Positions 18,025 through 27,739 of a stretch of 64,000 nt of DNA are shown here, in pieces; positions within the stretch are counted from its first letter, which is position 1; the number at the start of each line of letters is the position of its first letter. Source of the DNA: a virus. The notes below the pieces were generated by a model, which had not been told where the DNA came from, did not search any database, and saw nothing but the letters and a program-made list of their open reading frames with translations. Made by a program: the position numbers and the translations under genes. The stretch is from positions 1 through 64,000 of IMG/VR virus record IMGVR_UViG_3300036766_001014; one strand, given 5' to 3'.

Positions 18025-18377
18025 CGCAGCCGCAGTCGTGGTCGTTTCGAGCCCGGTACGGAAGCTCTGAGTCCAAGGGCACGCTGTACGTGTCCGGCAC
18101 GGATCACGGTGGCTACCGCACGCGGTTCGTCGCCGACGGCAAAGCGGCCCTGGACGCCGAGTACGAGGTGGCGACGTTCGCGGATAAAGATGGCGCTGAG
18201 GTCGGCCTGCCAGATCCGGACAGCGCCGTCTCTCGCCAGCTCGGCCCGGTGACTCGGCTCGTCTTGCAGGCCGCCGCCGGGTCCGACTCATTCGAGCTGT
18301 TGCGTCGCCTGCCGTGCACGGGTGATATGATTCGTTCAGTGGTGGTTTCGGTTGCGGTCGGTCCAAGGATGGCGTGA
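18021..18377 (+). CDS. hypothetical protein
   Basis: ATGA overlap. Confidence 0.55.
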   Translation: MTQPQSWSFRARYGSSESKGTLYVSGTDHGGYRTRFVADGKAALDAEYEVATFADKDGAEVGLPDPDSAVSRQLGPVTRLVLQAAAGSDSFELLRRLPCTGDMIRSVVVSVAVGPRMA

Positions 18378-18379
18378 CG

Positions 18380-18811
18380 ATGACTCTTGCAGCCAGACTC
18401 AGCGAGGCCGCCGCGGTGACCAAGTACGTGGGGCTCATGCTGAACGTAGACAGCGTCAAGCGCTTGCGTGACTGGTGGGTCCAGGCGACTTCCCAGCCGC
18501 TGCTGCCAGTCGAGCGGCCCGACTTGCACGTGACGCTGCTGTACGATCCGACGCCGGACCAGATTGCCGGGTTCGAGATCAACGAGCGAATTTCCGTTCG
18601 AGTCATCGGGTGGGCGTCAAGCGACCGCATTCAGGCTGTTGTGGTGTCTGGGGTCGATGTCCCCGCCGGTCGCGTGGCACATGTCACGCTCGCCACGGCG
18701 CCGGGTGTCAAGGCGCAGCACGCGAGCGAGCTGATCAAGGCCGGTTACACGCGCGTCAGCGGCCCGACGCTGAATGGCACCGTAAATGTCATGCGTGCGC
18801 GGCCTCGCTGA
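18380..18811 (+). CDS. 2H phosphoesterase
   Basis: Two HxT motifs: LHVTLLY and AHVTLAT. Confidence 0.8.
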   Translation: MTLAARLSEAAAVTKYVGLMLNVDSVKRLRDWWVQATSQPLLPVERPDLHVTLLYDPTPDQIAGFEINERISVRVIGWASSDRIQAVVVSGVDVPAGRVAHVTLATAPGVKAQHASELIKAGYTRVSGPTLNGTVNVMRARPR

Positions 18812-19226
18812 TGCTATCGTGCCATCTGTGATAGCCGAGGATCTCCAGCTCGCGATTGACCCATTCGAGCTACCGCGCCAGGTGCTCGAATGGTTGGCCC
18901 TCGTTGAGCGCGAGGGCGGCGCCGACAAGGGCACGCTGAGCAAGCTCCTGTTCAGCCTGGAGGCGTTCATCGAGCGCGTCGGGCCGGAGCTGCGGAAAGA
19001 GGCGGAGAAGGGCGACCCTGGCTGGTGGCCCGCCGTGCACGAGGCCGAGAGGCTCATCCCGATTGGCCGCAGGCTCGGGCTGACCGACGTGAAGACGGAG
19101 CCCCCCGTCTACCGGGGCCGCTTCCTCCCAAAGCTGTTCACCGAGCTGCTTTCTCGAATCAAGTCGATGACTGACAGCGCGTCGCTCCGCACGGCCGCGG
19201 CCGACGCCATGGAGCTATCTCCGTGA
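18795..19226 (+). CDS. hypothetical protein (start uncertain)
   Basis: Codon bias; IAE site near N-terminus. Confidence 0.6.
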   Translation: MRGLADAIVPSVIAEDLQLAIDPFELPRQVLEWLALVEREGGADKGTLSKLLFSLEAFIERVGPELRKEAEKGDPGWWPAVHEAERLIPIGRRLGLTDVKTEPPVYRGRFLPKLFTELLSRIKSMTDSASLRTAAADAMELSP

Positions 19227-19615
19227 CCGCATACATCTACGCGGGGACCGTTGCGAGGGTCATCGACGGGGACACCGTGGTCATGAACTTGGTTCGGGAG
19301 GTCGAGGTCAACGCCGACCTCGGCTTCAAGCTCTACCTCGACAAGCTTCCGCTGCGCACGCAACAGACGCTGCGCATCATCGGGATCAACGCGCCTGAGA
19401 CCCGTGGCGTTCCAGACCTCGAACCTGGCAAGGCCGCGAAGGCTGCGCTCGAACAGGTCCTGGGCATGGGCCCGATCACTGTCGAAACGATCAAGCCCGA
19501 CAAGTACGGTTCGCGCTACGACGCTCGCATCACAGTGCAGGCGCCAGACGGGCCACTGGATGTCGGGGCGTGGCTTATCGAGCACGGATACGCGCGGCCC
19601 TACCTCGTCGGGTAA
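19223..19615 (+). CDS. thermonuclease (SNase-like)
   Basis: VIDGDTV, DLGF, RIIGINAPE, DKYG.RY. Confidence 0.9.
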   Translation: MTAYIYAGTVARVIDGDTVVMNLVREVEVNADLGFKLYLDKLPLRTQQTLRIIGINAPETRGVPDLEPGKAAKAALEQVLGMGPITVETIKPDKYGSRYDARITVQAPDGPLDVGAWLIEHGYARPYLVG

Positions 19616-19647
19616 GGCGCCGGGCAGTTCGCCTGCCGGAGGTTGTC

Positions 19648-19947
19648 ATGCCCAGGTATCCGAAGCCGTCGGTCAGACGCATGGTGGACGCAATTCGCGA
19701 GCTGACCGCCCTCGGTTCGGATGAGCTGTCAGAGGTGATCGGCACGGTCACTTTTGACGCCGAGAGCATCCTCCGGCGCATCGTCACCCGCGCCGTCGAG
19801 CGCGGCGTCGAGCTTCAGCGGTCCGCCTGGCTGCTCGACAACGACGACGCGAACACGCCGCTGCGCCCGCCGCCGATGTCTGACGCCCCGAGCCAGGGCT
19901 CGACGGAACCCATTACCCGTAAAACACGGATGCCTCCGAAGCCATGA
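19648..19947 (+). CDS. hypothetical protein
   Basis: GGAGG RBS. Confidence 0.55.
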   Translation: MPRYPKPSVRRMVDAIRELTALGSDELSEVIGTVTFDAESILRRIVTRAVERGVELQRSAWLLDNDDANTPLRPPPMSDAPSQGSTEPITRKTRMPPKP

Positions 19948-19990
19948 CGAAGAATTTGCCTGCGCGCGCCGTTCGCGTGACACTGCGGCC

Positions 19991-20935
19991 ATGCGCACGC
20001 GGACCCAAGCCACCAGCGGCCAGATGACCAGGGCTACACTCGTCGAGGCCGCCAGAGAGGCGGGCGCCGATCCGTTTCGGGTCTCTCGGGCCCTGACAGA
20101 GGCGAAAGGCAACCCGATCGAGGTGCTGAAGGCTGCTGTAACGGCGGCCAGTTCGTTCATGACAGTCGGTCACGAGCTGAAGAAGGCCGGACTGAAATAC
20201 ACCTTCGGCACAGAGCCTGTACCGGCATACATGGTCACCATCGGCGGCAAGCGCTACGGCATCGTGAATCGCAAGTATGCCGATGAGTACGACGCCCTGG
20301 TCGGCGACATTGCGCTTGGCAAGCTGACGGAGGCGAGCGGCGAGCGCGCCGAGTCGGCCTTGAGCGGCATGACTCGCGCCCGAGCCGAGACGTTCTTGCG
20401 GAAGCTGCTCTCCGAGGGGACCTCCGGAATCAAGCGGGACAACGGATGGAGCGCCATCAACGCCATCTTCGATCGCCTGCATCGCGCTGGCATCTCGATC
20501 GAAAATCTAAAGGCCGAGTATTACAAGGTCCCGAACTCATCAAACTTGAATGACGGCAAGCGGTGGCGCTTCGAGATCCCGTTCGCCAAGGGTGGTTGGC
20601 ACGTTACCATCACGGCGTCGTTCGCGGGCTCCGCGAAGGATCCGTCAGATGCCTACGACATCACCGTCAATCTCGACTACTCAGCGTCGATTCGCAGTGC
20701 GCAGGAGGCGAGCGGCGAGGGTGTCGAGGACGGTATCGTCGAGGACGCTAGCCACCTCCTGCACGCGCTCAGCAATGCCTCGGCTGGGTGGCACAACGTC
20801 GCCCAGCTCAGCGCCAGCTACCGTGGCCGCATGACCAGCTATGACTGGGACGCCGCCGCCAAGACGCTTGAGCGACAGGGCAAGGCCCAGCTCCGCAAGA
20901 AAGACGGCGTCACGCAGCTGCGGATGGCCGACTAG
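19991..20935 (+). CDS. multi-segment protein with repeated LxE sites (putative internal head polyprotein; start may be 20024)
   Basis: LVEA, LTEA (twice), AQEA and IVED separate about three small domains. Confidence 0.7.
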   Translation: MRTRTQATSGQMTRATLVEAAREAGADPFRVSRALTEAKGNPIEVLKAAVTAASSFMTVGHELKKAGLKYTFGTEPVPAYMVTIGGKRYGIVNRKYADEYDALVGDIALGKLTEASGERAESALSGMTRARAETFLRKLLSEGTSGIKRDNGWSAINAIFDRLHRAGISIENLKAEYYKVPNSSNLNDGKRWRFEIPFAKGGWHVTITASFAGSAKDPSDAYDITVNLDYSASIRSAQEASGEGVEDGIVEDASHLLHALSNASAGWHNVAQLSASYRGRMTSYDWDAAAKTLERQGKAQLRKKDGVTQLRMAD

Positions 20936-21573
20936 CCCCGCTCGCCGCGAGCGATCTTCCCGATCTTCTTGAGCGCCATCCGCTTCTCCAGCCGACTCAC
21001 GCGGTCGAGCATGATCATGCCATCGAGGTGGTCAATCTCGTGCTGGACGATCCGGGCTGGCCAGCCGTCCAGCGGTCGCGCCTGCGCGTGACCTTTCAGG
21101 TCCTCGAAGACCACTGTGATGCGCTCGGACCGGGTCAGCGCCACCTTGGCCCCCGGCATGGACAAGCATGCCTCGGTCATCCGGATGAATCCGGACTCAG
21201 CTTCCACGCGAGGGTTCACCAGCACTTCGGCGGCCCCGCGCTTCTCGCCCCAGTCAGCCACGATCAACCGGCGCATGTCGCCGACCTGTGGAGCGGCCAG
21301 CCCAACGCCGCCGCACAAATACATCGTGAACAACATGTTCGTTGCCAGTGATTCCAGCTCGGAGTCGAACTCGGTGACGGCGACGCACTTCTGCTTGAGC
21401 CGAGCATCCGGGTGGAAGACAAGCGAGATCGCATGGCCGCTCCGGTAGCGCTCAGGAATGCGCTCTCGCGCCAGCTCGGCGACTCGATCGCGAGATGCCT
21501 GGAGCTGTTTGTCGGCCTCGACGACTCGTCGCCTCTCCTCCAGCTTCATCGCCTGGATGGGATCGATAGGCAT
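20932..21573 (-). CDS. def: peptide deformylase
   Basis: GVGLAAPQVG, EACLS, QHEIDHLDG. Confidence 0.95.
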   Translation of the reverse strand: MPIDPIQAMKLEERRRVVEADKQLQASRDRVAELARERIPERYRSGHAISLVFHPDARLKQKCVAVTEFDSELESLATNMLFTMYLCGGVGLAAPQVGDMRRLIVADWGEKRGAAEVLVNPRVEAESGFIRMTEACLSMPGAKVALTRSERITVVFEDLKGHAQARPLDGWPARIVQHEIDHLDGMIMLDRVSRLEKRMALKKIGKIARGERG

Positions 21574-21908
21574 CAGTGCATCCTCGTGATGACCGAGTCG
21601 TTGCCGACCATTTCGGTGAGAGCATGCATCTGCTCCTCGGTCGCGCGGCGCAAGCGCATGAAGCGAATGCTCTGCGGTATGATGATCGCTTTCTGAATCC
21701 CGGCGTCTTCCAGCAGGCGTGACAAGCCTTGAAGGATGTTGCCCTGTTGGGCCGACGTCACGCCTTCGAGGTCAACCTGGACCACGGTGATCTCTCCGAC
21801 CGTGCCCCTGACCCAGACCTCTGGGTCGGTCCCAGGGAGCAGCTCTCCGCCGCTCTCGCGCAGAGAAACAATCTCGTACCATTCGTCTGTCAGGTTCTTG
21901 TTGTCCAT
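21573..21908 (-). CDS. hypothetical protein
   Basis: TGATG coupling to def. Confidence 0.65.
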   Translation of the reverse strand: MDNKNLTDEWYEIVSLRESGGELLPGTDPEVWVRGTVGEITVVQVDLEGVTSAQQGNILQGLSRLLEDAGIQKAIIIPQSIRFMRLRRATEEQMHALTEMVGNDSVITRMH

Positions 21909-21922
21909 GGCCGCCAACTGTA

Positions 21923-22402
21923 TCAGAGGGTCCGCAAGTCGCCGATAGATGGCGGGGTTGGTTCGAGTGATCGACGCAGGCTTTTGTTCAGCCGATTGCG
22001 TGTGCGACTAGAGCCGATGACCAGTAGGCCGTCCTCCGTCGGCGGCGCGGCATCCGGCCCCTCCCATGGGCCAGAGTGCGAGTAAGCGAGACAAAATTGC
22101 TTGGCCTCCTCGGCCGTGTAAACCAGGTTGTTGCGGTAGTCGATTCTGCCAAGTGCGTAGAAGACGACTCGCGTGCCACGGAAGCCGGACGACGGATCGA
22201 ACACGTCGTTGCCGCGCTCCAGCCAGGCATGGCCGTACTCGATGCGCGGATGGCAGCGCAGTGTCGGTCGGCCGTGCACAACATTCCAGAGCGCGCGCTC
22301 TTTGGCCGGGATGGGCGACGACGGCAGAATCAGAGCGCTGATCACGTCGTGGTAGCAGGTCCCGGTCAGGAGCGCGTCGGCGGGGATGGTTTTGGTGGCC
22401 AC
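21923..22402 (-). CDS. transglutaminase/papain-like small protein
   Basis: GTCY...VVHG...GHAWLE...DP; leaderless GTG after a minus-strand TTGACAAAC promoter. Confidence 0.6.
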   Translation of the reverse strand: MATKTIPADALLTGTCYHDVISALILPSSPIPAKERALWNVVHGRPTLRCHPRIEYGHAWLERGNDVFDPSSGFRGTRVVFYALGRIDYRNNLVYTAEEAKQFCLAYSHSGPWEGPDAAPPTEDGLLVIGSSRTRNRLNKSLRRSLEPTPPSIGDLRTL

Positions 22403-22464
22403 GTCCCGAACATGAGGAGGTTGACAGAGTTTGTCAAGAGCCGTTACGCCCAAAAACACCCCGC

Positions 22465-22493
22465 TTGACAAACCGTCCCAATAACACCATATT
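22465..22493 (+). promoter_or_regulatory. sigma70-like promoter (divergent partner at 22437, minus strand)
   Basis: TTGACA-N17-CATATT, then GGAAGGA. Confidence 0.8.
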
Positions 22494-22513
22494 GGTGTCG
22501 GAAGGAATCCCCA

Positions 22514-22702
22514 ATGAGCTACGACTGGAGAAAGGACCCCGCTGCCTACCACGAATGGGAGCGCCGCAATCGCGGCTTGATCATCGTCCCGGCCGTGCCG
22601 ATTGAAACCGACTACGAAAAGGCGCACCGATACGAGCCCGCCCTGTGGGACATCGACGCCAACATCGGTCCCGCGACGAACGGCCCCGCGAGGAGCAACT
22701 GA
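22514..22702 (+). CDS. hypothetical protein
   Basis: Promoter and RBS. Confidence 0.6.
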   Translation: MSYDWRKDPAAYHEWERRNRGLIIVPAVPIETDYEKAHRYEPALWDIDANIGPATNGPARSN

Positions 22703-22704
22703 CC

Positions 22705-22923
22705 ATGGATTACCCGGCATACATCGAGTGGGACGGCCGTCGGCGGCCGTGCACGACGGTGATGGACTTCGCGGGGCATAGGACCGGCGATGTCCTGGAG
22801 GCCGATGGCTGGGAGCCACGGTGGTACTTCGCTGGCAAGACGGTGTTTCACCTGTCCAGGTTGGACGGTCTATTTTATCCGGCAACGCACTACGAGCGAG
22901 CGCCGGGATGGAGGAAGTCATGA
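22705..22923 (+). CDS. hypothetical protein
   Basis: AGGAG RBS. Confidence 0.6.
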   Translation: MDYPAYIEWDGRRRPCTTVMDFAGHRTGDVLEADGWEPRWYFAGKTVFHLSRLDGLFYPATHYERAPGWRKS

Positions 22924-23210
22924 GTGGGTACACATATTGTGCGTGCAGGGACTGTATGGAAATCGCCATCGGCGAATCTGGCAAGGCGATGTGCCACGCC
23001 TGCGAGGACGCGGGTTGCGAGACCAACGAAGGCGAGTGCCTCGCTGACGGCGCCTACGGCGGCGACGAGTCCGAGGATGAGCCCGAGGAGGAGGATCATC
23101 CCGCCTGTCCTCTCGACGGCGGAGAGGGCATGCCGCTTGGGGGACTCGGCAATCTGATGCACTACCGCTGCCGAGCTTGCGGCATGAACTTCTCTCGCGA
23201 AAAGGAGTAG
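22920..23210 (+). CDS. Cys-rich acidic protein
   Basis: Several CxxC; GGAGG RBS. Confidence 0.65.
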   Translation: MSGYTYCACRDCMEIAIGESGKAMCHACEDAGCETNEGECLADGAYGGDESEDEPEEEDHPACPLDGGEGMPLGGLGNLMHYRCRACGMNFSREKE

Positions 23211-23244
23211 CGGCAGCCAGGTTGCCGGAGCGGTCGCTGGCTGC

Positions 23245-23273
23245 TTGACAAACGATTACGGCGCTATTATCTT
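23245..23273 (+). promoter_or_regulatory. sigma70-like promoter preceded by GCAGCCAG/CTGGCTGC hairpin
   Basis: TTGACA-N17-TATCTT. Confidence 0.75.
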
Positions 23274-23295
23274 GGTTCTTGGAAGGAGAGAAGCC

Positions 23296-24021
23296 ATGAC
23301 CTCGGTTCGCACAGAGTCTGACGCGGTTGCCTGCCTGTCGGCCCTTGGGGTCGCGCTGGGCGCGTTGAACGTGGAGACCGCGGCCGATGGCGGCTCGGTG
23401 GTTGTCGAGTCGTTTTCATGCGGCCGCTGCGGCGGCGCCGGGCACCTTGGGCGCGGGCTTTACGATGTCCCCTGGGGCATCTGCTATCGGTGCGGCAACG
23501 GCCCCAAGTGCCGTGGCATCAGCCGCACGCCCCTGATCGAGTACGCTCGCAAGGCCAAGGCAACCGCCGCTCGGCGCGCGAGCGTGGCAGCCAAGCGGGA
23601 AGCCAAGGCCAATGCCCGCGTCGAACGTCGCCTCGAAGGCGAGCGAACCTGGTGTGAGGCCAACGGGTACGGTCGGGTGACCTTTGCTGAGCGCGACGCC
23701 AAGCGGGCCGCTGAGCGAGCTGCCGCGGACGCCAACAGGGGCCACGTGGGCGTGGTGGGCGAACGCTCGATGTTCACGGCCACTATCAAGGCCATCCCGA
23801 GCTGGGACGGCGCCTATGGCAGGACCTACCTGGTCATCATGGAGGATGCCGCCGGTAACTCCCTGGTCTGGAAGACGTCCAGCCCTGGCGAGGCCGAAGT
23901 CGGCGCGACGCTGACATTCAAAGCGACCGTCAAGGAACACGGCGACTACAAGGGCGTCGCCAGGACCATGGTTACTCGGGTCAAGCCCGAGGCCGCCGTC
24001 ACGGAAAGGATTGCTGCCTAA
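23296..24021 (+). CDS. Zn-finger plus OB-fold-like hypothetical protein
   Basis: CGRCGG.G...CYRC; C-terminal HVGVVGER...LVWKTS...ATVKEH..Y.G..T...R pattern. Confidence 0.7.
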   Translation: MTSVRTESDAVACLSALGVALGALNVETAADGGSVVVESFSCGRCGGAGHLGRGLYDVPWGICYRCGNGPKCRGISRTPLIEYARKAKATAARRASVAAKREAKANARVERRLEGERTWCEANGYGRVTFAERDAKRAAERAAADANRGHVGVVGERSMFTATIKAIPSWDGAYGRTYLVIMEDAAGNSLVWKTSSPGEAEVGATLTFKATVKEHGDYKGVARTMVTRVKPEAAVTERIAA

Positions 24022-24251
24022 TGGAAGCGGAGATCATTGTTGAGGTCGAGCGCGTGTGCTGCGGGGCACACAACTCCAGGCTCGGGACCGCGCGCATCAC
24101 AAGTGGCGAGCCCTACGTGCTCAGGCACTTCGAGGGAACCGACCTGTCGAGCCTGACCACGGCGCTGGCCGAGACCGGCCATGCGTTTCGAGTCGTAACC
24201 GTCAATCGCTTCGTCTCGTTTTTGGAGTGGTACGAAAGCGGGGTGGACTGA
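24021..24251 (+). CDS. hypothetical protein
   Basis: TAATG coupling. Confidence 0.55.
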   Translation: MEAEIIVEVERVCCGAHNSRLGTARITSGEPYVLRHFEGTDLSSLTTALAETGHAFRVVTVNRFVSFLEWYESGVD

Positions 24252-24754
24252 TGTTCGTTTCCTCTGGTCGTGGTGGGTACACCAGGTCTGGTGAGCAGCG
24301 CGCAAGCGGGCGCTTCCTGATGCTGTTCTGCGTCAAGCCAGGCGGCGAGCTGCGTGTGCTCGTGCGGCACGTCCGGATGCGCCAGTGCGGCCACTGGATG
24401 ATGGCCAACGTCACGGTCAAGTCCGCGGGCGCGCGCGAGGCGGCCGAGCCTGAGCCCGCGTACAAGTCGAGCTACTGGCGACGTCGAGTGTTCGACGGCC
24501 GGTTCGAGATCGGCCTGTCCGGAACCTATGGCTGCGACGGCTTGCCGATCAGCGCCGACGACTACCCAGGTCTCTGGGATCAGCTGCATCCCGTACCGGC
24601 CGAGCTGACCGAGGCGTGCTGGAAGGGCGGCGGACACAACAGCGCGGGCTCCGAGGGCCCGGCCATGTTCGAGTGGGCGAAGCTGAACGCCCGCACGCTC
24701 AGCAAACTTGTTTCTGTCAGAGCTGCGGATGTCGCAGCGTCTACGGAGAGATGA
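24251..24754 (+). CDS. hypothetical protein
   Basis: TGATG coupling; LSGTYG.DGL...GGHNSAGSE. Confidence 0.65.
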   Translation: MFVSSGRGGYTRSGEQRASGRFLMLFCVKPGGELRVLVRHVRMRQCGHWMMANVTVKSAGAREAAEPEPAYKSSYWRRRVFDGRFEIGLSGTYGCDGLPISADDYPGLWDQLHPVPAELTEACWKGGGHNSAGSEGPAMFEWAKLNARTLSKLVSVRAADVAASTER

Positions 24755-24782
24755 TCATGAAACACGCACTGGAGAAGAAGTC

Positions 24783-26120
24783 ATGAAGCACGTCCTACCG
24801 ATTTCAACGAGTTACGTGTCGTCCTGGGGGATCTGGGAAGCCGTCCGAGAGCTGATTCAGAATGCAGCCGACGAGGCTCAGGAGCGGCCCGAGCATGTGA
24901 TGACCGTCGAGCACGTGGACGGCTGGCTCCACATCGCGAACAAGGGCGCTGACCTCGGCATCCAGGCGCTGCTGATCGGCGGCTCCGACAAGGCTGGCAA
25001 GCGCGGCCTGCGCGGCCAGCACGGTGAGGGCCTGGATCTGGCGCTGCTGTGTGCCGCGCGCGCCGGTGTCGAGGTCCGAGTCTCGACCAAGACCGATGTC
25101 TGGACGCCGTGCGCTGAGTACGCCGAGCAGTACGGCGCGCGATGCCTGGTGGTCAACACGCGCAAGCACGTCAAACCGCGCGATGGCGTCAAAATCTCGA
25201 TACACATCGACAAGGACTCATGGGAGTCGATGCGGTCGAAGTTCTTGTTCCTCGACCCGCCCAAGGAGCAGATCGAGTCGGACAGCGGAACGCTGATCCT
25301 CGACGCCAACCGCAAGGGCATGATCTACGTCAAGGGCATCTACGTGATGACCGGACACAACACCTCCTTCGGCTTCGACCTGCGCGACGTCACGCTGGAC
25401 CGCGACAGGCGCGTGATCGGCAGCTTCGACCTCCAGTGGGCATGCTCGCGGATCATCCAGAACGCGCTCTCGCGCAACCCGGACACTTACACCGAGCCGG
25501 TGATGAATCTGCTCGAACAGGGCTCGGACGACGTTCGGTTCCTGCATAGCCACCTGGAGACGGGCGGCGAAGCGCGCAAGAGCCTCGCCAAGGCGTTCCG
25601 AGCCAGGCATGGCGAGGACGCGATGGCCGTGCAGTCGCTTGCCGAGAGCCAGCAGCTGGCGCACTTCGGCGTGAAGGGCGTCGTGGTCAACGAGGCAACG
25701 GCCAACGTGCTGGCCTCGGAGTTGGGGAGCTACAGCGATGCCGCGGCCAGGTTGCGGCAGCGTCCGACCGCGCTCTACGGATGGGACGATTTGACCGACG
25801 CCGAGAAGGCCGTCTACGAGGACGGCGTGAGGCGCATGGCGCCGGTGGCTGGCGAACACATGGCCGAGGCGTGCAAGCTCAAGGTTTGCGACTTCGCCGA
25901 CAAGTCGATCGAGGGCACGTGCGACCTGGCTACCAGCGAGATCCATGTATCTCGTCGCTGCATGGGCAACGTATTCGACCTGGTCGAGGTCATGGTGCAC
26001 GAGCTGGCTCATGCCGTGAGCAGCGCTAACGACGGGACCGTGGGTCACATCCGGGCCATCGAGCGCATCTGGCGCAAGCTCTACGAGCACGCTTCCGCGC
26101 CAAAGACTGAGCCGGGGTGA
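24783..26120 (+). CDS. second GHKL ATPase plus HExxH protein
   Basis: YVSSWGIWEAVRELIQNAAD, GQHGEGL, LDRDR, VHELAH. Confidence 0.85.
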   Translation: MKHVLPISTSYVSSWGIWEAVRELIQNAADEAQERPEHVMTVEHVDGWLHIANKGADLGIQALLIGGSDKAGKRGLRGQHGEGLDLALLCAARAGVEVRVSTKTDVWTPCAEYAEQYGARCLVVNTRKHVKPRDGVKISIHIDKDSWESMRSKFLFLDPPKEQIESDSGTLILDANRKGMIYVKGIYVMTGHNTSFGFDLRDVTLDRDRRVIGSFDLQWACSRIIQNALSRNPDTYTEPVMNLLEQGSDDVRFLHSHLETGGEARKSLAKAFRARHGEDAMAVQSLAESQQLAHFGVKGVVVNEATANVLASELGSYSDAAARLRQRPTALYGWDDLTDAEKAVYEDGVRRMAPVAGEHMAEACKLKVCDFADKSIEGTCDLATSEIHVSRRCMGNVFDLVEVMVHELAHAVSSANDGTVGHIRAIERIWRKLYEHASAPKTEPG

Positions 26121-26137
26121 GGCGCGTTGACGGTCTC

Positions 26138-26166
26138 TTGACAAACCGAAAACAACACACCATATT
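26138..26166 (+). promoter_or_regulatory. sigma70-like promoter
   Basis: TTGACA-N17-CATATT. Confidence 0.8.
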
Positions 26167-26175
26167 GCGTGTCGT

Positions 26176-26601
26176 ATGAAACAGCCGCTCTACAAGGCCA
26201 TCGCAGTCACGCTCCAGGCGCTCGTCAACTGTCGCGCGTCCGGCAACGCCGAGTGGGCCGAGCGCTGGCTCGATCGGCTCAAGCAGTTTGACAGCATGCT
26301 GCCGTCGGGCAGCGGCTTCGACAGCGGCTCGGTCATCCTGAAGACCGTGTCGTCGGCTCGCGAAATACTGATCGAGACCTCGTTCCATCACATGGACGAA
26401 AACGGCTCCTACGACGGCTGGACCGAGCACAGCGTGAAGGTGCGGGCGGACTTGGCGTGCGGCTTCGTGATCGAAGTCGGCGGACGCGACCGCAACGACA
26501 TCAAGGACTACATCGCGGACACATTCCACGAGGCGTTGTCGGCCGAGGTCGGCGAAGACGACGAAGTCGCCGAAAGCGCAGATCAACATTATCGCGTGTA
26601 G
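26176..26601 (+). CDS. conserved phage hypothetical protein
   Basis: LPSGSGFDSG...FHHMDENGSYDGWTEH. Confidence 0.75.
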   Translation: MKQPLYKAIAVTLQALVNCRASGNAEWAERWLDRLKQFDSMLPSGSGFDSGSVILKTVSSAREILIETSFHHMDENGSYDGWTEHSVKVRADLACGFVIEVGGRDRNDIKDYIADTFHEALSAEVGEDDEVAESADQHYRV

Positions 26602-26631
26602 CTCGAACCAACCAACAGAAGGAGAAGCAGC

Positions 26632-27591
26632 ATGGCTCACGAAATTGAAAACATGTTCTCGGTTTCCGAGGTCCCCTGGCACGGCCTCGGGACGATCCTC
26701 GAAGACCCGCCCACGGTCGAGGACGCCATCCGGCTCGCGGGGCTCGACTGGAAGGTTGAGTGCCGACCGGTCTACGCCAAGCTCGACGGCCAGGAGATCG
26801 AAACCGATCACGTGGCCACGATCCGCGACAGCGACAAGAGCGTGCTCGGGGTGGTGGGCAAGAACTACAAGCCGCTTCAGAACGCGGACGCCTTCAAGTT
26901 CTTTCAGCCCTTTCTCGACAGCAAGGAAGCGGTGCTCGATACGGCTGGCAGCCTGCGCGATGGCAAGCGCGTCTGGGTGCTCGCCCGGCTCGCGCGTGAC
27001 CCCGTGGAGGTTGTGCCAGGCGACGCAATCCGCAAGTACGTGCTGCTGAGCAACGGTCATGACGGCTCGCTCGCGGTGCGGGTCGGGTTCAGCGGGATCC
27101 GGGTCGTGTGTGCAAACACGATGGCCATGGCTCACGATGACGCGGGCTCGAAGCTCCTGAGCATCCGGCACACCAAGCACGTCAACGACGCGCTCGACAA
27201 GGTGCGCGAGGCAATGGTCATGGCGGACCAGTCGTTCGAGGCCACCATCGACCAGCTCAAGGCGATGGCCCGCAAGGGCGTCGAGGTCGCCGACCTGAAG
27301 GCCCTGGTCACGGAGGTCTTCCGGCCCAAGGCGACGCTCAAGAACGCCGACGAGGAGGCAGCCGACTGCGAGCGGCTGATGGGCAAGATCATCCCCCTGT
27401 TCGAGCACGGCCGCGGCAACGACATGCCCGGTGTCGCCGGGACCGCCTATGGCGCCTACAACGCGGTTGTTGAATTCCTACAATACTACCGCGGAAAAGA
27501 CGATGGCGGCCGACTGGACTCGCTGTGGTTCGGCGATTCCGCCAGGCTCAACCAGAGGGCCTTTCAGGCTGCCATTAGGATGAGCGCGTAA
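26632..27591 (+). CDS. DUF932/DUF945 family phage/plasmid protein
   Basis: MAHEIE..PWHGLG, AGLDWKV, LGVVGKNYKPLQN, NGHDGS, RVVCANT. Confidence 0.9.
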   Translation: MAHEIENMFSVSEVPWHGLGTILEDPPTVEDAIRLAGLDWKVECRPVYAKLDGQEIETDHVATIRDSDKSVLGVVGKNYKPLQNADAFKFFQPFLDSKEAVLDTAGSLRDGKRVWVLARLARDPVEVVPGDAIRKYVLLSNGHDGSLAVRVGFSGIRVVCANTMAMAHDDAGSKLLSIRHTKHVNDALDKVREAMVMADQSFEATIDQLKAMARKGVEVADLKALVTEVFRPKATLKNADEEAADCERLMGKIIPLFEHGRGNDMPGVAGTAYGAYNAVVEFLQYYRGKDDGGRLDSLWFGDSARLNQRAFQAAIRMSA

Positions 27592-27739
27592 AGAGGCTCG
27601 AAAGAAAGTTCTCCATCTATCGCCAGGCCGTTCTGCTCAACGATTTGTTGGATCTGAGAATCAAGAAGCGTTCGTTGGCCGATGGCTTTTGGCCTGAAGC
27701 CGTGAGACTTGCAACGAAGGCGTAGTAGCCTGCCGCGCC

